Assembly (NCBI RefSeq): GCF_964355755.1
Contig: NC_092672.1
Location: 11,346,001-11,410,000, forward strand
Length of the DNA stretch: 64,000 nucleotides
Origin: Antedon mediterranea
Lineage: Eukaryota; Animalia; Echinodermata
Reading direction: 5' to 3'
The stretch's first letter is position 1; every line of letters starts with the position of its first letter. The notes beneath the pieces are model-generated. The model searched no databases, was not told where the DNA came from, and saw only the letters and a list, made by a program, of their open reading frames with translations. Made by a program: the position numbers and the translations under genes. Of the stretch, positions 1-11,976 are shown piece after piece.

Positions 1-487
1 TAAAATTATACTACAAAAGTTTAACAGTATTTTAATTATCATCAACAAGGCGTATAATAGATATACATATGTTATTCATTAACCAATATGACACCTATTC
101 ATTTACACATTTAGCAAAGTACTTTAACCATATCCAGCTACGTATCAGTCTCTTGGATTGTCTCATTGCAGACATCCATACCTGTGTGAACATACACATG
201 TTGTTTACTGTTACTGTGTTCAACTACATCACCAATCCTCCATGAAAAAAAACGTCAATTGTGGGAGAGTGGGGTTGGGAGATAGGGGTTGGGTTCAGGA
301 GATAGTGGGGATTTTGCTTACACCAGAATTGTGGTTGGAAAATGTTAAAGTATTTAATCATCCCTGGGAAGCGGATGGGAGTTTGGGGTGGGGATGTAGG
401 CCTATCACCATGACCGAAACTGTATTTGGAATGTTTTAAATTACATTTGAAAACTGCCACTGAAGGATTATGGGTTGGGAGTGATAA

Positions 488-2280
488 GGCCATGTAAAAA
501 AAAACAACAGTTGATCGTCCTGGTTTTCTAAAAAAAGGAAGGAAGAGGCTCTTTTTATTTTTTATTTTTTATTTTTCCAAGATGGCGACTCACTACCGTA
601 TTTTCTTGAATAAACATGCCGCTATGAATAAAAATCACTCCCACCCCTCGCAATTCAAATAAATATGGTAAGTACTGTAAGATGTCTAAACAAACATAAG
701 TATACAGAACAGCAAATATTAAAATACACATTTTTTTTTGTTTTATCAGGGGGTCACAATAAAAGTCCTTTTTGTACACTTTGACTTTATATCAAACTTC
801 TGGATATTATTAGCCTACTGTGGCACAAATGCTCTAGTGATTTTCCTTTTGGGTGTTTTGCCTGATACCTTACAAAGTGGATAATTCATGTTCTCAATTG
901 ATAAATTGTGCTCAGTTCCACAATAAAAGCACAGGGGGTCTGTGAATGTTATGTAATAAGCTGCTTCGATAGGCAGGGCACATGTCATTTTGTCATTGAC
1001 AAAAACAATAGAATCGTCCTCTCCCAGGATGTCTTGAAAACAAGTTCCACATGAATACGACAGTGTGTCCAGTTCTCGTTCCAAGAGCTGCCTTTGGTCA
1101 CGCTTCAGAACATGTGCTGCATAACATACTCGCCACTTGAAGCATTCTTCACACTAGAATAAAGAATGAAAAATATTAGGGGTAAATATATGGTAAATTC
1201 AGTTGTGTTGAAAGAATTCTGAACATGACAATAATATGATAATATGACATCCAAAGAGGGAGGGAATATCAATGCATACACACATATTTTTAAAACAGGA
1301 CGTGGGTCATGTACCCGAACACGTCCGTAAACATCTAGCCATATGGGACAGTTTCAACCCAGCCGGGTCGATTCGCCCCTCTATGGATAGGCAAACTCTA
1401 CACTCTCTCGCGACAATATGCTAGCCTACAGTTTTGTTACTTCTATATGAACATTTTTACCGAACAATTACTCACCTCCGTAGTTTGGTATTGGTCTCCT
1501 ATCGGTCCACCTTGATCGAATTCGCCGCCTGCAAAATCAGAGAAAATGTCTGCGAGAGTACGTCGGCCGTCCACTACACCGTTCTCGCATACCAAGGGCC
1601 GGCTTCACGATTTTTGTTGCAGTCCGAATCGAAACACAAATAAAAACCATGTTGTTTATCTACTAGACTATGTAGTCTAGCAGTATCCTACTATCCTAGA
1701 TCAAATTATTATGTAACAATTGATAAAAGGACTAAAAAGTAGGCCTACCAAGGAACCAATAATTATAAATATTAATAGTGTATACTGTAACTCAAATGTA
1801 TAGAATATAGTGATAAAAACAAGGTAGAAACGAAAACATGTGGTGCATCGATGGAGCAATCGTAAACGTTCTCCAAATCCAGTCGTTTTTTGCTTCACGG
1901 CAACATTTTTAAGGAGTAGCGAGCATATAGCGGCTGTGAAAATTCTAATTAGATCCAGACGTTTATGTAAAATATTATACCCATGATGAGTGTAATTCAA
2001 AATATTCATACATTCAACGGCAGTGATACCTCTATCAGCGCTGACCTATAATCAAAGAATATGACCTCAAATTTATCGCAGTCGACGATGTGTATCGATG
2101 GCTCCCGACGGCTGTGGATCACGAAAAAAGAAAGAGCTAGGCCTAGCTTTCGACAAAGGTACAACATAAATCAATGTTTTATATACAAAATATCGAAATA
2201 AAAAATAAAATAAAAATTGATGCGGCCTGAAAAAAGCATGCGGGCGGGGACGATCAACTGTTGTTTTTTTTTATATGGCC
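488..2280 (-). mobile_element. Internally deleted Zator-like DNA transposon
   Basis: 33-bp TIRs starting GG (GGCCATGTAAAAAAAAACAACAGTTGATCGTCC at 488-520; inverse at 2248-2280, 1 mismatch) and TAA target duplication (485-487, 2281-2283). It carries a Cys-rich transposase C-terminal exon. Confidence 0.8.
815..1153 (-). pseudogene. Last exon of a Zator-type transposase (Cys-rich C-terminal domain)
   Basis: Minus-strand acceptor TTTATTCTAG, then a 339-bp open frame ending in a stop: CEECFKWR..Y....L.....LE..L....YSCG...VFV..MTC..PIE..YY.....LCFYCG...YPLC. I recognise this as the C-terminal pattern of Zator transposases from memory; no search was run. Confidence 0.7.
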
Positions 2281-2797
2281 TAATAACATAATTTGTACTG
2301 GAACCGGCTTCAACACATCACCCAGTGTAAATGGGGTGTGTTTGTAGGGGGAGGAGGAGCAAAAATACTAGCGTAATGAAGTAGCCTTAGATTGGATTGT
2401 ACTAGGAAAAGTTACTAAATTTGAACTGTCCAGGGGAGGAGTTAAGGTTTGTTGATGGTGGCTGGGGTGGTGAAAGGAGAAAGAAGGCTGGGGGTCCGCA
2501 GCATCTAAATTACATATTTTAATTATCAGCCAATATGACACCTATTCATTTACACAATTTACAACGTACTTCAACCATTATTAGTAGCTATGCATACTCC
2601 TCTCAATTTGAAGCTTAGGTTGAATTGAATTTGTCCATCACTGGGAAGAATTTGTTTTTAAGAAAGAGTATGGGGTGTTATTGAAGAGGGGTGGAGGTTG
2701 GTGAGTATAGACAGATACTGGCGTCGGGTGTTATGTACTGAGAAGGCTGTAAACTAATTTTGAAACCCGCCCTGGGGCGGGTATAATTGCTAGTATT

Positions 2798-3539
2798 TTA
2801 TATATGGTATATTTTTTGGCAGCAGAAACGGGTCTCATAAAAAATATACCGTATATATATGCATATATCGCAAAATATACCATATATTTCGTACCCCATT
2901 TCTGCTGCACTCAAAGTATACCGTATATTTGACCCGGCCCATGACACAAGGTCAAAAACTAACAGAGCGTGACACGTTTGTTTGGTTTTTCTGCTGCATT
3001 GACACACACGTGTATAAGCAAGCAACAGATCAAAATGTCACTGTGGACTGAAGAAATAACTATTTTTGCAATTCAATTGTGGAGAGAAACGAACGTTTGG
3101 GGGAGACTGCATGGCAACAGAAGAGATACCAAGATTTACAAAAGTATCTCAAACAAAATAAAAGCAGAATTTGTGGTAGACTAAATGCCAAAGTTATCGG
3201 CAAACGCTGTTGTCTTCCTTTGCATAAATCTAGTCAATGCCCATTCATTGTGCTTGATGTGTGGTGTAAATTCGTTGCCACCTTTGCTCATTAGATTTAA
3301 AATAGAAAGCAATGCTACGACGTTTTGAGAAACCATCATTGTTTTGTTTTTGTCAGGTATAAACCTCACTACACAAGACTCTAGGTCAATCCATACTTCC
3401 GTCTCACAAAATGCATTTTGGGTAATGAAAGCCAAATTTTTTACAGCAAACCCACGAAATATGTGCAGAGGAAACGGTGCACTAATTTCATATACGGTAT
3501 ATATACGGTATATTTGGGATTGGCAGCAGAAACAGGGCC
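2798..3539 (+). mobile_element. Harbinger-like non-autonomous element, left end eroded, with Myb/SANT-like remnant
   Basis: Right terminus GCAGCAGAAACAGGGCC matches the GGG(C/T)CTGTTTCTGCTG TIR family seen intact at 40059 and 54859. 3035-3180 encodes MSLWTEEITIFAIQLWRETNVWGRLHGNRRDTKIYKSISNKIKAEF. Confidence 0.7.
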
Positions 3540-3593
3540 ATAGAGAGTTCACTATAATAACATTTATGATTTAGATCCAGAAATATAAACTAA

Positions 3594-3705
3594 AGCTCTG
3601 TCTACACTATCAAACTAGTTTAACAAAATATGGTTGTGATATGACATCATCATCTCCATATATGGGCACATCACATTTTTTTGTCACATAAAGTTTGATA
3701 GTGTC
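3594..3705. mobile_element. Small MITE with AGCTCTGTCTACACTATCAAACT TIR, right end eroded
   Basis: Same sequence as the copy at 5034-5205; inverted AGTTTGATAGTGT at about 3692-3704. Confidence 0.7.
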
Positions 3706-4711
3706 AACCACAACACTCCTGTCACTGATATTTTATTAGCTAGTTGACATAGGGTAAATGAAGATCATTAATTAGGTTAAACATTTTTCTTTTATACTGA
3801 GGAAAGAAACTAGATTTATCTTTCAAACCTAATTATGACTTTAATAATGTCCCCCCTGTCACTGTTTACTGTTCAACTCATGATGGTAAATTCCTTATAA
3901 TACTAATAGTTACAATAAACTGTTTTATCATTGCAGAATAATTTATGATCCATCATGGTGGACCTAATATACTATTTTGCTTTCAACCGTTAAATGTGCA
4001 TAATTTTCAATGAATATTGATGGTTAAATAAAAGAGCAAATTGCAGAATGTTTTCTGTATTAAATTGTCCACTTCTGTCCTCTTAACCCAGAAAACCGTA
4101 AACTCTAGTTAGACAGCAATGTTCCACTTGGAATTTAAAAATTAACATTAAAATATATTATCGAATAGATGCAAGCTTTTAAAATTAGAATGATTTGCGT
4201 GGTATTTATGCATTTAATGCAATATTTTTCCAGCACACCTACTATAGAACATTGTAGAATATCTGTGATTGTATAAGGAGTGATTCATTGAGACACGGGT
4301 AAAGTGTTCATATTTTGATTAAACCACTGTTTTAAACAATGGCAATTGTGTTGAAATTAGCCTGCTATCCACATTGCTTCTGGCCGATTAACTCATTACA
4401 TTTTTCTGTAAAGCTTTACACTCAGTCATTATTCTTTTTGTATATATTTTTCTTTTCTATCTAATTTCCTAAACACATATTTCTTATTTGCATTACTGTA
4501 CAACATTTACTTGACAGCCATTGAATAATATTGAAATAAATGTTAGTGATATTCTATCATATTTCTTATTTGGTTTTATGCTATTTCTATCATTGTAAAC
4601 CTATTAGATAATTGATATTGTTAATTAGTTTAATCAATAAGTTATAGAAAGTTAAAATCAAATTTAATTTGTTTATGATAAAATAAAAATAATTTTTTTT
4701 GTTTGTTACAG

Positions 4712-4788
4712 TTTCCATATATGATTCTCAGGACTATGCAAGTTTAGATTGGATTATTTATCCAAAAGCAAATACAACAGGTCAACAG
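4712..4788 (+). CDS. Eph: Eph receptor tyrosine kinase, exon 2 equivalent (start of ligand-binding domain)
   Basis: Pyrimidine tract plus ACAG acceptor at 4691-4711 and CAG|GTAGGT donor at 4789. The phase-1 to phase-0 exon reads (V)SIYDSQDYASLDWIIYPKANTTGQQ, resembling vertebrate Eph exon 2 (VxLLDS...LGWxxYP..G). It joins in frame to the TGG at 22712. Confidence 0.85.
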
Positions 4789-4862
4789 GTAGGTACTAAA
4801 TGTTTGTATGATTGTTTTACACTGACAGTTTTAAGAAATTTGTAGCCATAATGTCAGATCAA

Positions 4863-5357
4863 AGGCCTGTTTCTGCTGCTATCAAATAATAGATTTTGTA
4901 GCAGCAGAAACGGCACAAATTAAAACAATTTGAATGGCGTTCTCAAAACAATCAAAAAGACTGAATCGATTGGGTGTTGAAACTCAATTTAACTGGTTTA
5001 TTGCTCTCACCTTTTAGCTGCAGTACAAACTTAAGCTCTGTCTACACTATCAAACTAGTTTGACAAAAAAGTGTGATGCCCAAATGGTAGTGATATGCTT
5101 AAATATGGTAGTGATATGACATCATCATGTAGGGACATCATCATGTCCATTATAGGCATATCACATTTGTTTTGTCACATAAAGTTTGATAGTATAGACA
5201 GAGATTAACCGTTATATGATTAACAAGACTCGATTCAATTAAATGTAACATCAGCATTATGTTTAGTGTAGTGTTGAGATTTATAGTCCGTCGACCACCC
5301 TCTGATTTTTGGGAGAAAAACTTTTTAAATATAAGGTTATACAGCAGAAACAGGCAC
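4863..5357. mobile_element. Harbinger-like MITE (CTGTTTCTGCTG TIR family) hosting a nested MITE
   Basis: AGGCCTGTTTCTGCTG at 4863 and CAGCAGAAACAGGCAC ending at 5357; body resembles the copy at 10495-10890. Confidence 0.7.
5034..5205. mobile_element. Nested ~170-bp MITE
   Basis: TIRs AGCTCTGTCTACACTATCAAACT / AGTTTGATAGTATAGACAGAGAT, flanked by TTA and TAA. Confidence 0.8.
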
Positions 5358-6237
5358 TGGAGGACCACATTTTAATATCATCTTTGTAATTCAACAAGGT
5401 ACTTATTATGAGGTCCTATTACATGGTATTATTGCCCATAAAAGAATGTTTAGTTCCAAATGATTTACTGCTCTCATAAACTAAAGTAGCACATCTTTGA
5501 ACCACTAACAATACAATTAGAAATCATTAAAAGTTGAAAAGTTTAGTTTGCAAATTCCTTTTAAAGTAAATATTAATTTTGCAGTCTTAAAGTAATTAAA
5601 CAAGAGAAAAAATATTGGTTGCAGGCATGATGTTAAAATAGGTAGTTTGAGGAATTATTTATTATTATTAGTGGAAATTTATTTCCTTTCAAATATTATC
5701 ATAAAGATTTGTTTTACTTTACAGAAAAAATATTCACTGAAAACTTAATTTATTATAATACAGTAGACAGAATGACCACATATTATTTAAGTACAAAACT
5801 AGACATTAAAAACATTCTAAACCAGTTGATGCTGAAAGAAATAAAAATATGAAAAAGTTATTTTGTGCCTGGCTTCCTAGATAAACGAACAATAAACTAT
5901 TCTCTTAGAAGAGCAAGATATAACTTGAAAAGTAGAACAATAGAACACCTTTCTCCACAAATGGTATAGTCCGTGAATTATGCCCTCAAGTGGGAGCATC
6001 TCCACAAACCACCATCATCATTGCTCCTCAAGGAGAATAGGCTATTGTTGGTTTTTCCATGGTTTATCCAGGTAAGAGGCACTCATTGACTACCAACAAT
6101 CCGACTGTTGGTTTGTGTATTTTTGTTTGTAGTACTTTAATTGAAAGCCATATTCCTAGCTTGAATTGCAGACTTCTACATATTCATTTTTGTTGTTGTT
6201 TAAACCGAGACCTTGGTTCTGTGGTTAGTAACATTAA

Positions 6238-7164
6238 CGCCCGTATTCTTAAACCGGACTTTAGTCGTAGTTCGAAGTTCGACTTGGAAAAGTCGTAGTT
6301 CGAGCTATTACTTCAAATTCGATTCAAAAACGAAGTAGTCGAAGTTTGCAGTTCGACTTAATGAAGTCGAGCTTTTAGTCGAGTTGCACACGTCTGGGTA
6401 ACAAAGGCTATACATTGGCCAATGACAAGAGAGTATTTGAGGAGCAGACGAAATTTTGCGCATTGATATCACTTTCCATTTCTTACAACACTTTTTACGC
6501 ATCAGGACTATATACATGAAAAATAATTTTAATCGTTAATTATTAGAACAATATCAGTATTAATTTAACAGTGAAGTATATTTGATTAACAACAAATAAA
6601 ATCTTAAAAATATATTTAGGAACCATGGCGGTACGGTAACTTTTATATTTTCTAGGCCCCCAACAAAGTATGATCGCCACGAACCACGCACTTCATAGCG
6701 TGACAAGAAAGCGCTAGGCCCCCTAAACATTCCATCGCGTGGTGAATTGCCGCATCTCTCATTGTCGCTATGGCGTGACGTAGCTCAAGTCTGACTTGCG
6801 CGAAGAAAATAATGTAATTTGTATACAGTTGTAAATAAAGATGATTTTCATTATTATAATTTATACCAATGTATATTTAATTAAGCTAATATAAATATAG
6901 ATATTTCATTCTTCAATATCTGGCCAATATAACAACTCAATGACTGTTACGTTTTTTATAAACATCGTTTAAAAACCATTTAGTCGACCATTTAGTCTGC
7001 CCCCTCCAGGACTAAAAAAATCGATCAAAATCCGTCTCGATTTAGTCAAGGTTGGCCTGATTTAGTCGGTGATTTAGTTGAAGTTCGGTTTATGAATTAA
7101 AATGACGTCATTTTTTTAGTTTTAGCTCGAACTACGACTAAAGTCCGGTTTAAGAATACGGGCG
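6238..7164. mobile_element. ~930-bp MITE with 38-bp perfect TIRs (Harbinger-like)
   Basis: CGCCCGTATTCTTAAACCGGACTTTAGTCGTAGTTCGA at 6238 and its exact inverse ending at 7164; many subterminal TAGTCG/GTTCGA repeats. TSD is ambiguous. Confidence 0.85.
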
Positions 7165-9311
7165 ATAACATTTGTCTTGGTTGCATTGACTCTGAAGGAA
7201 TTTTTGACTGTGTTTTGGACCTTTCTTTGGTCAAAAGCCAGCTACTCATTTAATTAAGACCAAATTAAATCCATTTTGATCCAGGTTGTGAGCATTGAAG
7301 AACTATAGTAGATTATCAGGTTTGAAAACGATTAGAGTTTACATCCATTTACAATTGACAATTCAATAACCTGGGAGGTGATGATAATAGAAGGCTTTAG
7401 AATCAAATGCTTTCAATAGATAATACACAATCATGTAGATGATGTTACATTGAGTCTTTATACTGATCTATTAATTGTAAGCTATAAGCCTAGTACAATG
7501 GATGACTTTTCCAATTAAAGGCTTTCCAATTCGAGGAAACTTCATTCATTGTTGTAGCCTTCCTATAGAAAAATTAAGTCTCATACTAGATATTTAACAT
7601 TTTAATTAATCTTGTTATATATTTTGTAGTGTATATTGTGATTAGATTTACTTGTACAATGTATATATTTATCTTGGGAAATTCTTCATTTCCAACCTTT
7701 ATGATTGATGACAATTCATACCTACAGTATTCCATTGTTCCCTTTCACTTTTACAATAAGGGTGGTCCATCCAGCTGTAGCTTATCAGACACATAAATGA
7801 AACATTTAAAGTGAACTCATTTAATTCATTATTGTATTGTTATTTTCTATGTACCATTAATAGAAATAAACTTATAAAATGCTGAGTCCAAATAGTATAT
7901 AATAATATGGCCTTTTATAGGCCTTACCATAACAGATAAAACATAATTATATTTGTTCATTTATTCATAAACAATTACATTAAATAGAGACAACTACTCA
8001 GTACTTGTTTGACATTTTAAAATATGATCAGTTAATTAAATAATCATTCAATAAATAATTAATAACAATAATTGTTAAACATTGCAATGCTTCGAGTCTG
8101 AAAAATAATTTATGGAGTATGTGTCAGATATTTTTCAAGGGAGACCTAACATATGGTATTTATAGTCTGTTAAAAATATATTGAAAAGTATATAATTATA
8201 ATAATATAATCATTTTAACTGTAAAAAAGGTCTGTGTGCACGCCCCAAGCGCAACACCCCTGGTTCTTTGTCTGTTCTTTAATACGTAACAATAAAATGT
8301 TTTTTAAAAACGTGTTCCTCTATGCTTTGGCACAATTCACTTATATTTATATTTACAACATAAAATATGCGTACAAATATATTGTAAAACATATTATGTT
8401 TACGAATTGTATTCACAGCATATTTTATCTTTTAATCTACTGTACATCCTAGCAGTTAACAAAGATACCCACTCCATGTTTGTTAATGTAAAACTCTCTT
8501 TTATTGCATGAAATTAAAATTACCAATGTAAATGTTTGTCATTTATTATCATCGAAACTGATTTGAGAAATTCACATACCGCATGATTAGATTAAATTCT
8601 CTGCTGTAATGTAAGATTGAAGTTAGACCACTTCACAACTAATGAGAAATTGGACAGATAGGGGAAATGTTAATTGCTTCTGACAGACTGTGAATGATAG
8701 TCGTTGGTGTGACTAGCCTCATTGCGTTTTGACGACTTTCCTCAACGTGTGCTGGATTAACGTCCAGACAGCGTACGCGCACGAAAGTGATATATCACTG
8801 CCGTTAATATTAGCACTGTTGATTCTTAGTTATACTTTGCGATGTATTGCGTTCTTTTGCATTAATGAGTTCATTTCAATCATGTGTTGTAATTTTAGCG
8901 TAGATCTTCGTTTGAATTTCTCTGCTTATCAACTGTTGAGTGCATAAATTAGTGACAAGATCATCATAGGCGCTTGTACAGTGTTCGTTACTATAAACAA
9001 GGGACCGAGTATTAACTGTTAAACAATTTAATATACGGTAACTGGAACCATAAAAGCTATTTACTTCAGTAGAATAAATGACGGTGTAGACCTCATTGCA
9101 TTTGTATTGTTTTAGTGCTTAAATACATTTTTTTAAATCAGGCATTAAGGTGAGAATAATATGTTTTCTTTACTGTAAAGATTTCAATAGGCTCTCCATG
9201 TTCTCTTCATTCATATTCTTGTTATTAATTTTTATTTCATCCTTATACTTGGTATCTTATTTAGTACACAGACCCATGTACACAATGACATATTAGTTTT
9301 AAAAACATTAA

Positions 9312-9940
9312 AGACACCTTCCATAAGTTTTTTAGATCTAATTTAAGATCACAAACTATATTTAATGTAAAAATAATACTATATGGTCCTATTGCGATAA
9401 CTTTGTTCGTCTTTAAATGGTTAAAATTGTGAAAAATAATTCGATTCTAATAATTATAGCGGCCCGCTATAAATCCCAAAATGCATTGCGCGCGGATTGA
9501 TATTTTTGTTTTTATTCTGTAATTCACCCACTTTTCGATCGATCGTGAGGTCAAAACAAATGGAAGACTCCTAACTTTTCAGCGAAAATACCGGGTTTTC
9601 CCCAATTTGTATCAACGGAGTCTGGCAAAAATAGAAAGACAATTAATGCAGCAACTATACAACGTTAGGCTAGGTATATAGCTAGCGTACGATGTTCGTA
9701 CGTTACCGATGTTTACCAGCTAGGCCTACAAAACTAAGCCTAGCTAGGCTAGGCCTAAAGACCGTCCACGAGAGGTCAGTTGCCGTGAGCTACTTAGGTA
9801 GTGCATTGTTTCTCACTTTTTATCATAATTTACCATAAAACGTACATTTAAGACAAGGAATGACCTGGTTTAATGTTTTTAAAGTAATATAATATATTTA
9901 TTATTTTTACAAAACGTCACAAATTGTAGGGAAGGTGTCT
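9312..9940. mobile_element. Kolobok-like MITE
   Basis: TTAA TSD (9308-9311, 9941-9944), AG...CT termini and TIR AGACACCTTCC / GGAAGGTGTCT. Confidence 0.8.
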
Positions 9941-10494
9941 TTAATTACCTCATAATGGGATTTTCAATATAATATAAGGTATAATTTTTAGTTTTAGCTC
10001 AAGTTACTACAATAGTACTGTATAATAATAATTTATATATTTATCATTATTTGTTAAATTATCAGAATATTTTTTCCTATAATGTTTCCCTTGATATCCT
10101 TTAGGTTGCAAATGTTTCCCTTACCACTCAATTAATTTTAGACTGATGAAAGATTCAGCTAAAAAAACCCTAACTACTTCCAACAATCAGCAATGCGTTT
10201 ATCCCCAGGGACCTGTTATACAGAGCTGTACCAATTCAATACTTACAATAATTGGAGTTAAGTCTGGCTAATGTATAGGAAGGGAAAATAGACATGAACT
10301 GTTAAAAGGAAGTTCAAAGACTTTGTATTAATTCTGTCTAATAAAATTAATAGTTTCTGTAGTCTGTTTAGTATCAATGCAAGTGTGGGGGTATTTGAAG
10401 GACTGTATATACAGTAATTCATCTGACTTTACTATATCAACGTCATTATTGAATTACATACTAGGAGGAGTTAATCAATGAACTTTCATTTATT

Positions 10495-10890
10495 GTTCTG
10501 TTTCTGCTGCGAAAAAATTAACAGTTTTGTGAATAAATTAACCCAAATTTCTTGGCAGCAGAAACAGGACAAATTTGTAATAACCGGTTAAATGGCAGCT
10601 TGAAAATAATAGTTAGAAACACCCAATGAACTTGTATGGTGTTAAAATGCCATTTAACCAGTTATTACTGTGCAACATTTAGCTGCAACACAAAATAACT
10701 GTAATTTGATTGACAATCTGTAGTATCTATATGTTTGACTGCCAGATTACATTGCATTTTGGGTTAACATTATTATTACCAACTAACCACAAATATAAAC
10801 GGTTTATTTGAGACCATGAATGCGGTTGGCCTAAAAATCATATTTTCTAAGTAAACGGTTTATTTGCTAATGCTATACAGCAGAAACCCT
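10495..10890. mobile_element. Decayed Harbinger-like MITE (CTGTTTCTGCTG family)
   Basis: TTCTGTTTCTGCTGC start, internal GGCAGCAGAAAC and TTTAGCTGCAACACAAAATAA, end CAGCAGAAACCCT. Related pieces lie at about 16777-17000 and 17400-17690. Confidence 0.65.
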
Positions 10891-10948
10891 ACCATCATTA
10901 TACAGTACAGTTATATACTTTATTTCAAGCCATTAATGTTAAAGCTGT

Positions 10949-11107
10949 CAGTAGAACCTCTATTTAAAGGACACTTTGAAGCACAAAAAAGTGGATGTAT
11001 TGTCTACTGAATAGGGGTTGGCCACAGTGTTAAGACCTTGGTTGGTTGCCCTTGTTTGTTTCACAGGGAAGTGAACCCTGAATAGCAGTGTCTGAAAGGT
11101 TTTACTA
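10949..11107. mobile_element. Decayed pogo/Tigger-like MITE
   Basis: CAGTAGAACCTC start and AGGTTTTACTA-TA end. Confidence 0.45.
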
Positions 11108-11289
11108 TATTATTATGTACTATATTATTAGTCTATTTCGTGCCTACAGTAGCTTACCCGGATAAACAAACAGGCCTTTTCCCCTACAAGCAGAGAAAGC
11201 AAAAGTAATAAAAATCTTGATTACTTCAAGATACCTCTCCATTTTTCTATATCATTGGTTCCGATCTTAAAAACGCCAACGGTTTAAAA

Positions 11290-11976
11290 AACTCCAGTAA
11301 TTTTGGTCTCAATCGCAAAGAAAACGTTCTGAAACTGGTTTCTGTGTAGCAATTATTAGCTTCAACACAATCACGGTCTCAAAAACTGAACTCTGCTGCA
11401 CTGGGACGATTGCGGTCAACTCCCAGTAAAAACCACGCAATATAGGACCTAGGCCTAGTCATTTTTATTTCTCTAGATACTGATAGTGAGTATTTTATTT
11501 AAATAAAAAATGTGAACCAATTTGCAATTACAAGGTTCGTAATAAATATGTGGGGAGAACAAAAGATGAGGGGAAGGCTAGCCGGGAGTCGGAAGAAGAC
11601 TCACATGTTTATAAGAATATTTTAAAGAGTGTGAAAGACGAGTTCAACTTGACAATATCGGCTGCATAGGTAATGAGCAAATTGAAAAGGGTGCGTCGTA
11701 CCTATACTTTAACCACAATAGTAATGACAGGATTACCTGCCCTCTTCTATGACAAACTGGATATAATTCTTAGGGATTGCGCTATGCGAAAAAAAGTAAA
11801 CATCCAATTGCGCTGCATTGTGGTATGATGATGTCATCCATAACGAACGCATATGGACGGAACCGGTTTTATTGGAGTAAATATTGAGCTGCAACGCGAT
11901 TTTTATTTATAAACAACTGCTGAAACCGGTTTCAAAGAAAACATTTCTTTTTTTATTTTTCAATAGAAACAGACCC
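11290..11976 (+). mobile_element. Harbinger-like element with decayed Myb/SANT-like ORF (copy 1, right end intact)
   Basis: Right TIR ATAGAAACAGACCC followed by TTA. About 11510-11782 reads, with frameshifts and stops, ITRFVINMWGEQKMRGRLAGSRKK..VYKNILKSVKDEFNLTIS...KLKRVRRTYTLT...FYDKLDIIL. Colinear with 49928-50600. Confidence 0.8.

Noticed and set aside
4781-4794. Alternative GT donors at 4781 and 4793
   Set aside because: Both are out of frame with the next exon.
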